From Pseudomonadota bacterium (lineage in GTDB: Bacteria; Pseudomonadota; Gammaproteobacteria; Burkholderiales; Burkholderiaceae_C): 64,000 bases of DNA. A program made the translations under genes and the position numbers. Positions 47,099 to 56,796 of the stretch are shown here, piece after piece; within the stretch, counting starts at the first letter, position 1; every line of letters begins with the position of its first letter. Below the pieces are notes generated by a model. It did not search any database and was not told the DNA's origin. It saw only the letters and a list, made by a program, of their open reading frames with translations. The DNA lies in contig JAFEEF010000069.1 of NCBI GenBank assembly GCA_018241265.1, positions 33,004 to 97,003 of the forward strand, read 5' to 3'.

Positions 47099-48139
47099 TC
47101 AGGCCGCGTACCGCAGCGCGGCGACCTCCAGGCCCACGGGCTTGATCCTCGACGCCTGCCCCGCACAACCGAACGCCTCGAACCGCGCCATGCACAGCTC
47201 GCGCGCCGCCGCCATCGCATCCTTCAGGAACTTGCGCGGATCGAACTCGCCCGGATCCTTCGCCATCGCGCGCCGCATCGCACCCGTCATCGCGAGCCGG
47301 ATGTCGGTATCGATGTTGACCTTGCGGACGCCGTGCCGGATGCCCTCGCGGATCTCGTCGACCGGCACGCCATAGGTCTCGCGGATGTCGCCGCCGTGCT
47401 CGCGGATGATCGCGAGCCACTCCTGCGGCACCGACGACGAGCCGTGCATCACGAGGTGGGTGTTCGGGATGCGCGCATGGATCGCCTCGATGCGATCGAT
47501 CGCGAGGATGTCGCCGGTCGGCTGACGGCTGAACTTGTAGGCGCCGTGGCTGGTGCCGATCGCGATCGCCAGCGCATCGACGCCGGTCCGCGCGACGAAG
47601 TCGGCGGCCTGGTCGGGATCGGTCAGCAGCTGATCGTGCGACAGCTGTCCTTCGGCGCCGACGCCGTCCTCTACGCCCGCCAGGCCCGACTCGAGCGAGC
47701 CCAGGCAGCCGAGCTCGCCCTCGACCGACACGCCGACCGCATGCGCCATCGCGACGACGCGCCGCGTCACGTCGACGTTGTAGTCGTAGCTCGCCGGCGT
47801 CTTCGCGTCCTCTTGCAACGAGCCGTCCATCATCACGCTGGTGTAGCCCGAGCGGATCGCCTGCAGGCACACCGCCGGGCTCGCCCCGTGGTCCTGGTGC
47901 ATCACGATCGGGATGTCGGGGTAGCTCTCGGCCGCGGCCTCGACCATCTTGCGCAGGAACGGCTCGCCGGCGTACTTGCGCGCGCCGGCCGAGGCCTGCA
48001 GGATCACCGGGCTGTCGGTCTTGGCGGCGGCCTGCATGATCGCCTGGATCTGCTCGAGGTTGTTGACGTTGAACGCCGGTACGCCGTATTCGTGCTCGGC
48101 GGCATGGTCCAGCAGTTGGCGCAGCGAAATCATCGCCAT
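47099..48139 (-). CDS. fba: class II fructose-bisphosphate aldolase (CbbA/FbaA type)
   Basis: [30 protein letters not shown]. Zn-binding His contexts. About 347 aa. Confidence 0.9.
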   Translation of the reverse strand: MAMISLRQLLDHAAEHEYGVPAFNVNNLEQIQAIMQAAAKTDSPVILQASAGARKYAGEPFLRKMVEAAAESYPDIPIVMHQDHGASPAVCLQAIRSGYTSVMMDGSLQEDAKTPASYDYNVDVTRRVVAMAHAVGVSVEGELGCLGSLESGLAGVEDGVGAEGQLSHDQLLTDPDQAADFVARTGVDALAIAIGTSHGAYKFSRQPTGDILAIDRIEAIHARIPNTHLVMHGSSSVPQEWLAIIREHGGDIRETYGVPVDEIREGIRHGVRKVNIDTDIRLAMTGAMRRAMAKDPGEFDPRKFLKDAMAAARELCMARFEAFGCAGQASRIKPVGLEVAALRYAA

Positions 48140-48173
48140 GGCAAGGCTCCGTGGAAGTGGGAAGTCGAAACGA

Positions 48174-50234
48174 TCAGTGCGCCGCGATCGCGACCGCCGG
48201 TGCAGGCCCCGCGACCGGCGCGATGTCGGCGTCGAGCAGGCGGCGCGCGCGCCGCGCCACCGCCTCGGCGGTGAAGCCGAGATGGATCGCGAGCGGACCG
48301 GCCGGCGCCGATTCGCCGTAGCGGTCGAGGCCGACGACGTCACCATCCTCGCCGACGAACTTCCACCACAACCCGGTGCTGCCGGCTTCCACCGCCAGGC
48401 GCGGCAGATGACGCGGCACGACGCTCGCGCGCCATGCCGCATCCTGGCGCTCGAAGACGTCCATGCACGGCATCGAGACCACGCGAGCCGCGATGCCCTG
48501 TTCGGCCAGCAAGGCCGCTGCGGCGAGCGCGAGGCCGACCTCGGAGCCGCTCGCCAGCAGCGCGACCTGCTCGCCCGCGGGCTGCCGCAACACGTAGCCG
48601 CCGCGCGCGATCGCAGCGAGGCGCTCGCGGCCGTCGCCGGCATGCGGCAGCGCCTGGCGCGACAGCAGCAGGCAGCTCGGACGCTCGGTCCGGCGCAGCG
48701 CTTCGCGCCACGCGACCGCGGTCTCGGTCGCATCGGCCGGCCGCCAGACATCGAGGTGCGGTATCAGCCGCAGGCTCGATGCATGCTCGACCGGCTGGTG
48801 CGTCGGCCCGTCCTCGCCGAGACCGATCGAATCGTGCGTGTAGACGTGCACCACCGGCAGCTTCATCAGCGCCGACATGCGGACCGCGTTGCGCGCGTAG
48901 TCGGAGAACACCAGGAACGTGCCGCCGTAAGGACGGAAGCCGCCGTGCAGCGCGACGCCGTTCATGATCGCCGTCATGCCGAACTCGCGCACGCCGTAGT
49001 GCACGTGGTTGCCGGTGCCGCTGCCGGTCAACGGACGATGACCCTTCCAGTCGGTGAGGTTCGATCCGGTGAGATCGGCCGAGCCGCCGAGCAGCTCGGG
49101 CATCGCCGGGCCGACGATGTTCAGCACGTCCTGCGATGCCTTGCGCGTCGCGACCTTCGCGGCACGCTGCTCGGCATCGCGGCAAGCCTGAGCCAATGCG
49201 GCGGCGGCGCGCTCGTCCGGACCGTCGTTGCCGAGGCGGCGCTGCAGGTCGCGCGCCAGCTCGGGATGGGCCTGCGCATACGCCTCGAACCGCGCCTGCC
49301 AATCACGGCGCCGCGCCGCGCCGGCCTCGCGCGCCGACCATGCCGCAGCGACATCGGACGGTATCTCGAACGGCGCATGCGGCCAGCCGAGCGCGGCACG
49401 CGTCGCGGCGATCTCGGCATCGCCGAGCGGCGCGCCGTGCACGTCGGCGCTGCCGGCACGGTTCGGCGCGCCGTGGCCGATCTCGGTCTTGCAGCAGACG
49501 AGCACCGGCCGGTCCGAAGCCTGCGCGCTTGCGATCGCCGCATCGAGCGCGGCCGCATCGTGGCCGTCGACGTCGCGCAGCACGGTCCAGCCATAGGCCT
49601 CGAAGCGCTGCGGCGTGTCATCGCCGAACCAGCCGCGCACGTCGCCATCGATCGAGATGCCGTTGTCGTCGTAGAACGCGATCAGCTTGGCGAGCCGCCA
49701 AGTGCCCGCAAGCGACGCGACCTCGTGGCTGACGCCTTCCATCAGGCAGCCGTCGCCCAGGAACACATAGGTGCGGTGGTCGATCACGGCATGGCCGGGC
49801 CGGTTGAACTCGGCCGCGAGCAGCTTCTCGGCGAGCGCCATGCCGACCGCGTTGGCCAGGCCCTGGCCGAGCGGACCGGTCGTCGTCTCGACGCCCGGCG
49901 TCATGTCGACCTCGGGATGCCCCGGCGTCGACGAATGGAGCTGCCGGAAACGCTTCAGCTCGTCGATCGGCAGCGCATGGCCGGTCAGGTGCAGCAGCGC
50001 ATACAGCAGCATCGAACCGTGGCCGTTCGACAGCACGAACCGGTCGCGATCGGGCCAGCGCGGATCGGCAGGATCGTGGCGCAGGTGGCCGCGCCACAGG
50101 GCTTCGGCGATGTCGGCCATGCCCATCGGCATGCCGGGGTGGCCGGAGTTGGCGGCCTGCACCGCGTCCATCGCGAGGACGCGCAAGGCATCGGCGCAAC
50201 GCTTGCGCAACGGGATCGTGTCGGGGCTGTTCAT
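48174..50234 (-). CDS. tkt: transketolase
   Basis: ThDP motif [21 protein letters not shown]. Full length 686 aa. Confidence 0.9.
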   Translation of the reverse strand: MNSPDTIPLRKRCADALRVLAMDAVQAANSGHPGMPMGMADIAEALWRGHLRHDPADPRWPDRDRFVLSNGHGSMLLYALLHLTGHALPIDELKRFRQLHSSTPGHPEVDMTPGVETTTGPLGQGLANAVGMALAEKLLAAEFNRPGHAVIDHRTYVFLGDGCLMEGVSHEVASLAGTWRLAKLIAFYDDNGISIDGDVRGWFGDDTPQRFEAYGWTVLRDVDGHDAAALDAAIASAQASDRPVLVCCKTEIGHGAPNRAGSADVHGAPLGDAEIAATRAALGWPHAPFEIPSDVAAAWSAREAGAARRRDWQARFEAYAQAHPELARDLQRRLGNDGPDERAAAALAQACRDAEQRAAKVATRKASQDVLNIVGPAMPELLGGSADLTGSNLTDWKGHRPLTGSGTGNHVHYGVREFGMTAIMNGVALHGGFRPYGGTFLVFSDYARNAVRMSALMKLPVVHVYTHDSIGLGEDGPTHQPVEHASSLRLIPHLDVWRPADATETAVAWREALRRTERPSCLLLSRQALPHAGDGRERLAAIARGGYVLRQPAGEQVALLASGSEVGLALAAAALLAEQGIAARVVSMPCMDVFERQDAAWRASVVPRHLPRLAVEAGSTGLWWKFVGEDGDVVGLDRYGESAPAGPLAIHLGFTAEAVARRARRLLDADIAPVAGPAPAVAIAAH

Positions 50235-50343
50235 CGTCGGTCGCCAGGAGATCTGCTGCGATCACTGTAGGCACGCCGACCGATATAGGGAAGTAAATTG
50301 TTTTGGGCTTCGATTTAGTCTCAGCTAAATCGATGCCGAACCA

Positions 50344-51288
50344 TCAACGCCGCCGGCGCAGCATCCGCCGACCCTGGCGGGTCAGCAGCAGCACCAGTGC
50401 GCCGATCGCCAGGGCGGTCCGCGCATCGGCACGCACGCTGGCCGGACGCGCGAGACCGGGGGCAGTGAGCGCCTCGACCAGGCCGGCCTCGCTGTCGAGC
50501 CGCAGGAACGACAGCCCGAGCTCGCGCGACAGCAACCGCAGGTACGCCTCGTGCAACGAGGACAGATGCTCGCTGCCGGACGCGGCGTCCGGCACGTCCG
50601 GGACCGATGCCGCATCGTCGGCCATGCGCTCGCCGCTCACGCTGGCGCCGCGCCCCTGGCTGTACGGATCGGTCTGCGCGACCTCGTCGGCACGCCAAAA
50701 GCCCAGCGGCCGTCCCATCGGATCGGTCTTCGGAATCGGCGACGGATGGAGCGCGCCGACGCCGACCAGCACGCCCAGCGCGTCGCCCGGCTTGTCGTCG
50801 AACGCCGGCCGGTGGCGCGGGTTGAGCGGCGGCGACTCGTGGCCATCGGTGACGAACACCAGCGACGGCCTGTCGTCGAGTTCCTTCACGATCGCGATGC
50901 CGCTGTGGATGCCCTTGGCGATCTCGCTGCCGCCGTTCCACGACATGCGGTTGTCGATGTGCGCCAGCGTCGCGCGCAGCTCGGCGAGGTTGGCGCACAC
51001 CTCCACCGGCTCGAACAGCAAGAGCGCGCGGTACTCGGTGAACACGCCCCAGCCGACCTTCGAGCCGCACGGCAGCTGGAGCAGCGCATCGCGCAGCAGC
51101 GCCTTGGCATAGACGAGCCGCGACGCCGGCTTGCCGTTGAGCGCCTCGTCCTCGACATTCATGCTCTGCGTGATGTCGAGCACGACGACGTGGTCGTAGC
51201 GCTCGCGCGTCGCGGTCCAGCCGGGGTCGAACAGGCAGGCCGCCAGGGCGAGCGCGGCGCCGCCGAGCAACCAGCGGTCGATGCGCAT
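50344..51288 (-). CDS. von Willebrand factor A domain protein (BatB-like)
   Basis: Start MRIDRWLLGGAALALAACLF (internal ATG 51288). MIDAS-type motif DITQSMN. Upstream ORF extension is Arg-rich junk. Confidence 0.6.
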   Translation of the reverse strand: MRIDRWLLGGAALALAACLFDPGWTATRERYDHVVVLDITQSMNVEDEALNGKPASRLVYAKALLRDALLQLPCGSKVGWGVFTEYRALLLFEPVEVCANLAELRATLAHIDNRMSWNGGSEIAKGIHSGIAIVKELDDRPSLVFVTDGHESPPLNPRHRPAFDDKPGDALGVLVGVGALHPSPIPKTDPMGRPLGFWRADEVAQTDPYSQGRGASVSGERMADDAASVPDVPDAASGSEHLSSLHEAYLRLLSRELGLSFLRLDSEAGLVEALTAPGLARPASVRADARTALAIGALVLLLTRQGRRMLRRRR

Positions 51289-51833
51289 CACGGCAGCCCC
51301 GGGGCGTAGCCGCGCATCGTGGTCGCGGCGCGCTCGCGGTTGTGCGACGGCTCGGGCGCTTCGTCGTCGGCTTCGTCCGGATCGGGCAGCAGCCGTTGCG
51401 CGCGCTCGAGGTTGTAGCGCGCGTCCCAGTCGCCGGGGTCGTCGCGCAACACGTCGCGGTAGCTTTCCTTGGCGAGCTCGAGCAGCGGTATCGCCTGGCC
51501 CGGCTGCAAGCCCTGGCGCACGACGACCGCCTGGCGCACCAGCAGGTTCGCGCTGTTGTAGCGCGCCGCATGCCCGAGCCGCGGGTCGCTCTGCAGCGCT
51601 CGGTAGGCGTTGAGCGCGGCATCGCCGGGGGCGCTCGCTCCCATCGCAGCGGCCCGCGCGAAGCGCAGTTCGACACGCGCACCGGGGTCGGCGGCGATCG
51701 GCGCGCCGGACGCGATGCGGCCGTTGTCGCGCGCCGCTTCCCACCAGCGCACGCCGTCGATCGCGGCGGCCGCCGCCAGCGCGATCAGCAGGCCGATCGC
51801 GATCCGCGTGACGCGACGCGTCGCTAGGCCCAT
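51288..51833 (-). CDS. TPR-like protein (BatC-like)
   Basis: N-terminal TM MGLATRRVTRIAIGLLIALAAAAAI followed by TPR-like helices. Stop overlaps the next start. Confidence 0.5.
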   Translation of the reverse strand: MGLATRRVTRIAIGLLIALAAAAAIDGVRWWEAARDNGRIASGAPIAADPGARVELRFARAAAMGASAPGDAALNAYRALQSDPRLGHAARYNSANLLVRQAVVVRQGLQPGQAIPLLELAKESYRDVLRDDPGDWDARYNLERAQRLLPDPDEADDEAPEPSHNRERAATTMRGYAPGLP

Positions 51834-52867
51834 CGCCGCACCTCCAGCGTGCTCGCGGCGAGCAGCAGCAGCACCGCGGCCAGCGCGACCGCATAGGCGG
51901 CATCGGACAGGTCGCGGCGCGGCATCGTGTCCTGGTAGGTGATCGGCAGGTTTTCGAGCCGGTTCACATCGGCGACCGCGCGGCCGAGTGCCTCCGGGTT
52001 GTCGGCTTCGTACGCGTGGTACGGCACGCCGATCGACTGCAGGTAGCGGTGCAGGAAGTATTCGGGCACGGCGTCCGCATCGGCCGGCGGCTCGTTCGCA
52101 TCGGCCATCAGCCCCGGGCTGCCCGCCGAGCGGATGTAGATCCAGTAGAAGCCGACGCGGTACCTGCGCGCCAGCGTCGTGAGGCGCTCGCGCATGTCCG
52201 GATCGATGTGGTCGCCGCCGTCGGACACCAGCATGATGATCCGCGATCCGGTGAACGGCCGGTTCTCGAAGTAGCCGAGCGCCGCGTCGAGCGCGAGGCC
52301 GATGTTGGTCTCGGACAGACCGCGGCCGACGTTGCCGGCGGCGATCGCGGCCTGGATCACGTCCGGCTTCTGCGTGAAGTCGAGCACGCGCAGCGGCAAG
52401 GTCGAGAACACCACCATGCCGAAGCGATCCTCGGGGCGCTTGGCGGCGAACTCGCCGAGCAGCGAGCGCGCGACCTGGCCCTTCGAGCGCCGGGCCTCGC
52501 TGGCGCGCAACGTCGAGTAGTACTCGAGCGCCTCGGGGCTGTTGGCGCGCAGGCCGGGCGGCAGACGGCCTGCGCCGCCGAAGCTCTGGTCCATGCTGCG
52601 GCTGCGGTCGAGCACCAGCACGATCTCGGCGCCGCGGCCGACGCGCTCGACGCGGTATTCGGGCCGGTACGGACCGGCCAGGCCGACCGATGTCGCGGCC
52701 AACGCCAGCACGCCGGCGATGCGCAGGCCCCAGGCGATCGCGTCGGAGGCCGGGTCGTGCGGCAGCAGCGCCGGCCAGGTGTTGGCCAGCGCGTCGCGGC
52801 GGCCGGCGACGAGCGGCAGCAGCGCGAGCGGCAGCAGCCAGAGCCATGCCGGCGCGGCAAAGCTCAT
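51824..52867 (-). CDS. von Willebrand factor A domain membrane protein (BatA-like)
   Basis: Start MSFAAPAWLWLLPLALLPLVAG. VLDRSRSM MIDAS motif. C-terminal TM. Confidence 0.65.
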   Translation of the reverse strand: MSFAAPAWLWLLPLALLPLVAGRRDALANTWPALLPHDPASDAIAWGLRIAGVLALAATSVGLAGPYRPEYRVERVGRGAEIVLVLDRSRSMDQSFGGAGRLPPGLRANSPEALEYYSTLRASEARRSKGQVARSLLGEFAAKRPEDRFGMVVFSTLPLRVLDFTQKPDVIQAAIAAGNVGRGLSETNIGLALDAALGYFENRPFTGSRIIMLVSDGGDHIDPDMRERLTTLARRYRVGFYWIYIRSAGSPGLMADANEPPADADAVPEYFLHRYLQSIGVPYHAYEADNPEALGRAVADVNRLENLPITYQDTMPRRDLSDAAYAVALAAVLLLLAASTLEVRRWA

Positions 52868-53772
52868 GCGGCGCCTCGCTCGAGGTCGCGGCAGCGCCGG
52901 CAGAACGCGACGAGCCAGGCGGCATCGTCGCCGGCTTCGGCATCGGCCGCGAAGAACTCGCGCCGCGAGCGCTCGAAGAAGCGCTGGAGGTCGTCGCGCA
53001 GCGTCGCATAGCGGGGATGCGCCGCCAGGAAGCGGTCGATACCGTGCTCGAACAGCGCACCGCCGGCGGTCGCGTTGAGCGCCTCGTGAACGCGCGCATA
53101 GCCGGCACGACGCGCGAGCAGCGGCGCATCCGGCGCGAGGCCGCGCAGTGCATCGAAAGCGCGACCGAACGGACGATGCCGGCGCGTCCACCACGGCAGC
53201 CCGATGTAGACGTGCGCAAGGTAGCCGACAAGCAGCAGCGCGACGATGCCGTAGCCGACCAGCCGCATGCGCATCGGCCGCGTATCGACGAGCGGCGGCG
53301 CGACGTCCGGCCGGAGCTCGCCGAAACCTTCGCGGGTCGAGCCGTCGACCGGCATCAGCGGCGCGACGCTGAGCGGCCAGGCATCGATGCGCAAGGTCTG
53401 CGGCCGCGGGTTGCCGGCGAACTGCAGCATCACCGGCGGCAACTCGAGCACGCGCACCTCGCGCGGCGCGAGGAAGATCTGGTAGTCGAGCTTCAGCTCG
53501 AGCCGATGGCCGCCATCGTGCCGCGTCAGCTCGACCGTGCGCAGTTCGAGCGCGCGGCCGCGCTGGCCGATCTGCGGCAGCGAGTCCGGATCGAGCGCGA
53601 GGCCGTCCGGCACCGCGATCGTCGCGCGCCGCGTCACGACCTCGCCCACCGTGTGGCCGAAAGCGCGCGGGTCGACGACGCGCGCGGTCAGGGTGTCCGG
53701 CGCTGCATGGCCATCGACCTGCATGCCGGCCACGGCCAGCGCGATCAAGGTCCGGACGAAGAGCACGCGCAT
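52864..53772 (-). CDS. DUF4381 domain protein
   Basis: Position between the DUF58 and vWA genes in a Bat-type operon. Signal peptide and internal TM (GYGIVALLLVGYLAHVYIGLPWW). Confidence 0.5.
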   Translation of the reverse strand: MRVLFVRTLIALAVAGMQVDGHAAPDTLTARVVDPRAFGHTVGEVVTRRATIAVPDGLALDPDSLPQIGQRGRALELRTVELTRHDGGHRLELKLDYQIFLAPREVRVLELPPVMLQFAGNPRPQTLRIDAWPLSVAPLMPVDGSTREGFGELRPDVAPPLVDTRPMRMRLVGYGIVALLLVGYLAHVYIGLPWWTRRHRPFGRAFDALRGLAPDAPLLARRAGYARVHEALNATAGGALFEHGIDRFLAAHPRYATLRDDLQRFFERSRREFFAADAEAGDDAAWLVAFCRRCRDLERGAA

Positions 53773-53775
53773 CGC

Positions 53776-54639
53776 CTAGGAATGGAAATGCCGCGTCACC
53801 GCCTGCGCGTCGAAGCGTCCGGCATCGAGGAACAGCGGCTGCATGCGGCGCGATCCGAACAGGTGGCGCAACGCCGCGCGCCGCTCGTCGTAGGCGGCCT
53901 GCCAGCGCGCGCGCAGCGCCGGCCGCCACCAGACCATGCGCTGCCGGCCGCTCTCCGCATCGACGGTCTGCGCGAGTCCGCGCGGCGCGCTCAGCGCGAA
54001 TTCGCGCGGATCCCACAGCACGACCGGCACGACGTCGTGATGGGCGAGGCCGTCGAGCACCGACGCGATGGCGTCGAGCGGCTCGTGGAAGTCGGACACG
54101 AGGAACAGCAGCGCACGCTGCCGCCCCAGGTGCCGATGCGCATCGCGCAGCCCCTGCGCGCTGCGCCCGCTCGGCTGCAGCGCCCGCAGCCGCGCGGCCA
54201 AGGCCGAGCCGATGCCGCGTGCGCGCGTCGGCGGCTGCAGCCAGTCGCGCCGTACCGTCTCGTCGCAGCCGATGAAGCCGAAGCGGTCGCCGGTGCGCCA
54301 GGCCGACCACGCGAGGCTGTCGACGAAGTCGGCGAGCACGCTGAGCTTGCGCTCGCGGCCTTCGAAGCCCATCGACGCCGACAGGTCCGCGACGACGATC
54401 ACCGGGATCGCCTTGCGCTCCGCATAGACGCGCACGCGCCAGTCGCCGAACGGATCGCGCAGGCTGGCGTGCAGGTCGAGCCGGCGCGGATCGGGCGCAT
54501 CGATCAGCGAGACGTGGCCGCGGAACTCGAAGCCGCTGTCGCCGCGCGGACTGCGATGGTGCCCGGGGAAGTGGCCGAGCACCGGCGCGCCCACGCGGTA
54601 GTGGATCTCCTCGAGGCGGCGGCCGGGCACGTTGCTCAC
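53776..54639 (-). CDS. DUF58 domain protein (vWA-like, MoxR partner)
   Basis: Conserved DUF58 block IVVADLSASMGF. Immediately downstream of the MoxR ATPase gene. Confidence 0.7.
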   Translation of the reverse strand: MSNVPGRRLEEIHYRVGAPVLGHFPGHHRSPRGDSGFEFRGHVSLIDAPDPRRLDLHASLRDPFGDWRVRVYAERKAIPVIVVADLSASMGFEGRERKLSVLADFVDSLAWSAWRTGDRFGFIGCDETVRRDWLQPPTRARGIGSALAARLRALQPSGRSAQGLRDAHRHLGRQRALLFLVSDFHEPLDAIASVLDGLAHHDVVPVVLWDPREFALSAPRGLAQTVDAESGRQRMVWWRPALRARWQAAYDERRAALRHLFGSRRMQPLFLDAGRFDAQAVTRHFHS

Positions 54640-54643
54640 CGCA

Positions 54644-55666
54644 TCAGGGCGCCGCGACGCCGTCGAGGATGCCTGCCATCAGTGCGTCGCCGATCTCGTG
54701 CCGCCGCATTTCGTAGACCGGCTGGAACACCAGCCGATGCGCGATCGTCGGCACGAAGACGGCCTGCACGTCCTCCGGCGTCGCATAGTCGCGCCCGCCG
54801 AGCCAGGCCGCCACGCGCGCGGCGCGCAGCAGCATGCTCATGCCGCGCGGGCTCGCGCCGGCCAGCATGAGCTGCGCGACCTCGATGTCCGGGATCCGGA
54901 CGCCGTACTCGGCAGGCACCGCCGTCGCGCGCCACAGGTCGAGCGCGTAGCGCTGCAAGGTCTCCGACGTCTGCACGGTGCGCTGGATCTGCTCGGCGAC
55001 CTCGTTCAGCGCGTCGTAGGCGACGAGCGCCGGACGGAGGCCGTCGATCAGCCGGCCGGTGTCGTGGTAGCGCGGATCGAACATCAGCGCGCGCCGGTCG
55101 GCATCCGCGGTCGGCGACTCGATGGTGATCTCCATCATGAAGCGATCGCGCGCGGCCGACGAGATCTCGAAGGTCTCCTCGCGCTCGACGCGGTTGCGGT
55201 CGGCGAAGACGAGCAGGTGCGGAAAGCGCAGCTCGCGGTTGAAGGCCGACACGCTGCGCTCGGCCATCACGCGCAGCAGCAGCGAATGGACCTGCGGGCG
55301 CGCCCGGTTGATCTCGTTGAAGAAGAAGATCGCGAGCTCTTCGCCGTGCTGGATCAGCGGCCCGCGCTCGACCGCCGGGCGACCATCGGCGCCGATGTAG
55401 GTGTAATAGATCAGGTCGTTCGGCATCAGGTCGATCGTGCCCTCGGTGCGCGCATACGCGCCGCCGAGCACACGCGCGAACGCGCGCAGCAAGGTCGTCT
55501 TGCCGACGCCGACGTCGCCTTGCAGCAGCACGTGGCCGCGCGCGAACACGGCGGTGTTGACGAGCCGGATCACGCCCGGCTGGCCGATCACCGCCCGGGC
55601 GACCTCTTCCTCGAGCGCGAGCGCGCGGGCCCGCCAGTCCTGCAGCAGCGCGTCCGCGCGATCCAT
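54644..55666 (-). CDS. MoxR family AAA+ ATPase
   Basis: Walker A GDVGVGKT. Walker B/sensor blocks. Start MDRADALLQDW. Confidence 0.85.
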   Translation of the reverse strand: MDRADALLQDWRARALALEEEVARAVIGQPGVIRLVNTAVFARGHVLLQGDVGVGKTTLLRAFARVLGGAYARTEGTIDLMPNDLIYYTYIGADGRPAVERGPLIQHGEELAIFFFNEINRARPQVHSLLLRVMAERSVSAFNRELRFPHLLVFADRNRVEREETFEISSAARDRFMMEITIESPTADADRRALMFDPRYHDTGRLIDGLRPALVAYDALNEVAEQIQRTVQTSETLQRYALDLWRATAVPAEYGVRIPDIEVAQLMLAGASPRGMSMLLRAARVAAWLGGRDYATPEDVQAVFVPTIAHRLVFQPVYEMRRHEIGDALMAGILDGVAAP

Positions 55667-55866
55667 GCCGTGTCCTTGTCTCCGTGGTGTTCTGATGCGC
55701 GCATCGGCGACCGCCGGCGCGCGACACATTGTCCCGCGCCTGGGACGACCGCGCGGTCGGCGCACGCCGCAAGCAAGAGGCGCGCCCCGCGCCCAGGCTC
55801 AAGAGCGCCGCATTTGTGCCGATGATGGGTCGACCTGCGCCTGCTGCGCCGGTGCACCATCGCCCG

Positions 55867-56796
55867 ATGCGCCCTGAGCCGCTCCCGCCACTTCCCCAGA
55901 TCGTCCCGGTGCTTGCCGGCGGCGGCACGCGGCTGTCGGCGCACGTCGGCGCGCTGAAGGCGCTGGGCGAACTCGGCGTCGACTACCGGCGCATCGTCGG
56001 CGTCTCCGGCGGCAGCATCGTCGCGGCGCTGCATGCGAACGGCTGGTCGCCGGACCGCCTGCACGAGCTCGCGGTCGACATCGACTTCGGGCGCTTTCGC
56101 GGCTACTCGCTGCTGCAGCTGATCTTCCATGGCGGCCTCAGCTCCGGCAATTCGTTCGAGCAGTGGCTCGACGGGCTGCTGCAGGGCGTGCGCTTCAAGG
56201 ACCTCGCGCTCGACCTCGCGGTCGTCGCGACCGACGTGCGGCGCAGCGAACCGGTGGTATTCGACCGCACGACGACGCCCGACTACCCCGTCGCGCGCGC
56301 GGTGCGCCATTCGATGGGCATCCCGCTGCTGTTCGCATTCCAGGACTACGGCGACTCGGTGCTGGTCGACGGCAGCATCCTCAGCGAAGACGTGCTGCAC
56401 CGCGACTGGGCCGGCGACGGCACGCCCGTCTGCGTGTTCCGCATGCGCAGCCGGCGCGATGCCGCGCCGCCGGTGCGCCGCCGGCGCCGCTTCTTCCCGC
56501 TGCCCGGCTACGTGCAGATGCTGATCCGCACGTTCATGACGACCTTGTCGCGCGAGTTCGTCGACGCCAAGCACTGGCCGCACACCGTCGTGATCGACGT
56601 CGGCCCGCATTCGCCGATCGACTTCCGGCTCAGCCGCGCCGACAAGGAATACCTGTTCCGCTGCGGGCGGGAGACGGTGCGCGCGATCATGCCGCGCAAG
56701 TATCCGGAGTTCGGGCTGAGCGAGACCGGGCCGGATGCGGCACGAACGACACCGGCGGTCGACCTCGTGCCCGCGTTGGTTCAGTCGAAGCTGTAG
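55867..56796 (+). CDS. patatin-like phospholipase family protein
   Basis: Oxyanion GGGTRL, serine hydrolase GVSGGS and catalytic DGS (VDGSIL) motifs. Start MRPEPLPPL; the 55822 ATG is an alternative start. Confidence 0.7.
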   Translation: MRPEPLPPLPQIVPVLAGGGTRLSAHVGALKALGELGVDYRRIVGVSGGSIVAALHANGWSPDRLHELAVDIDFGRFRGYSLLQLIFHGGLSSGNSFEQWLDGLLQGVRFKDLALDLAVVATDVRRSEPVVFDRTTTPDYPVARAVRHSMGIPLLFAFQDYGDSVLVDGSILSEDVLHRDWAGDGTPVCVFRMRSRRDAAPPVRRRRRFFPLPGYVQMLIRTFMTTLSREFVDAKHWPHTVVIDVGPHSPIDFRLSRADKEYLFRCGRETVRAIMPRKYPEFGLSETGPDAARTTPAVDLVPALVQSKL

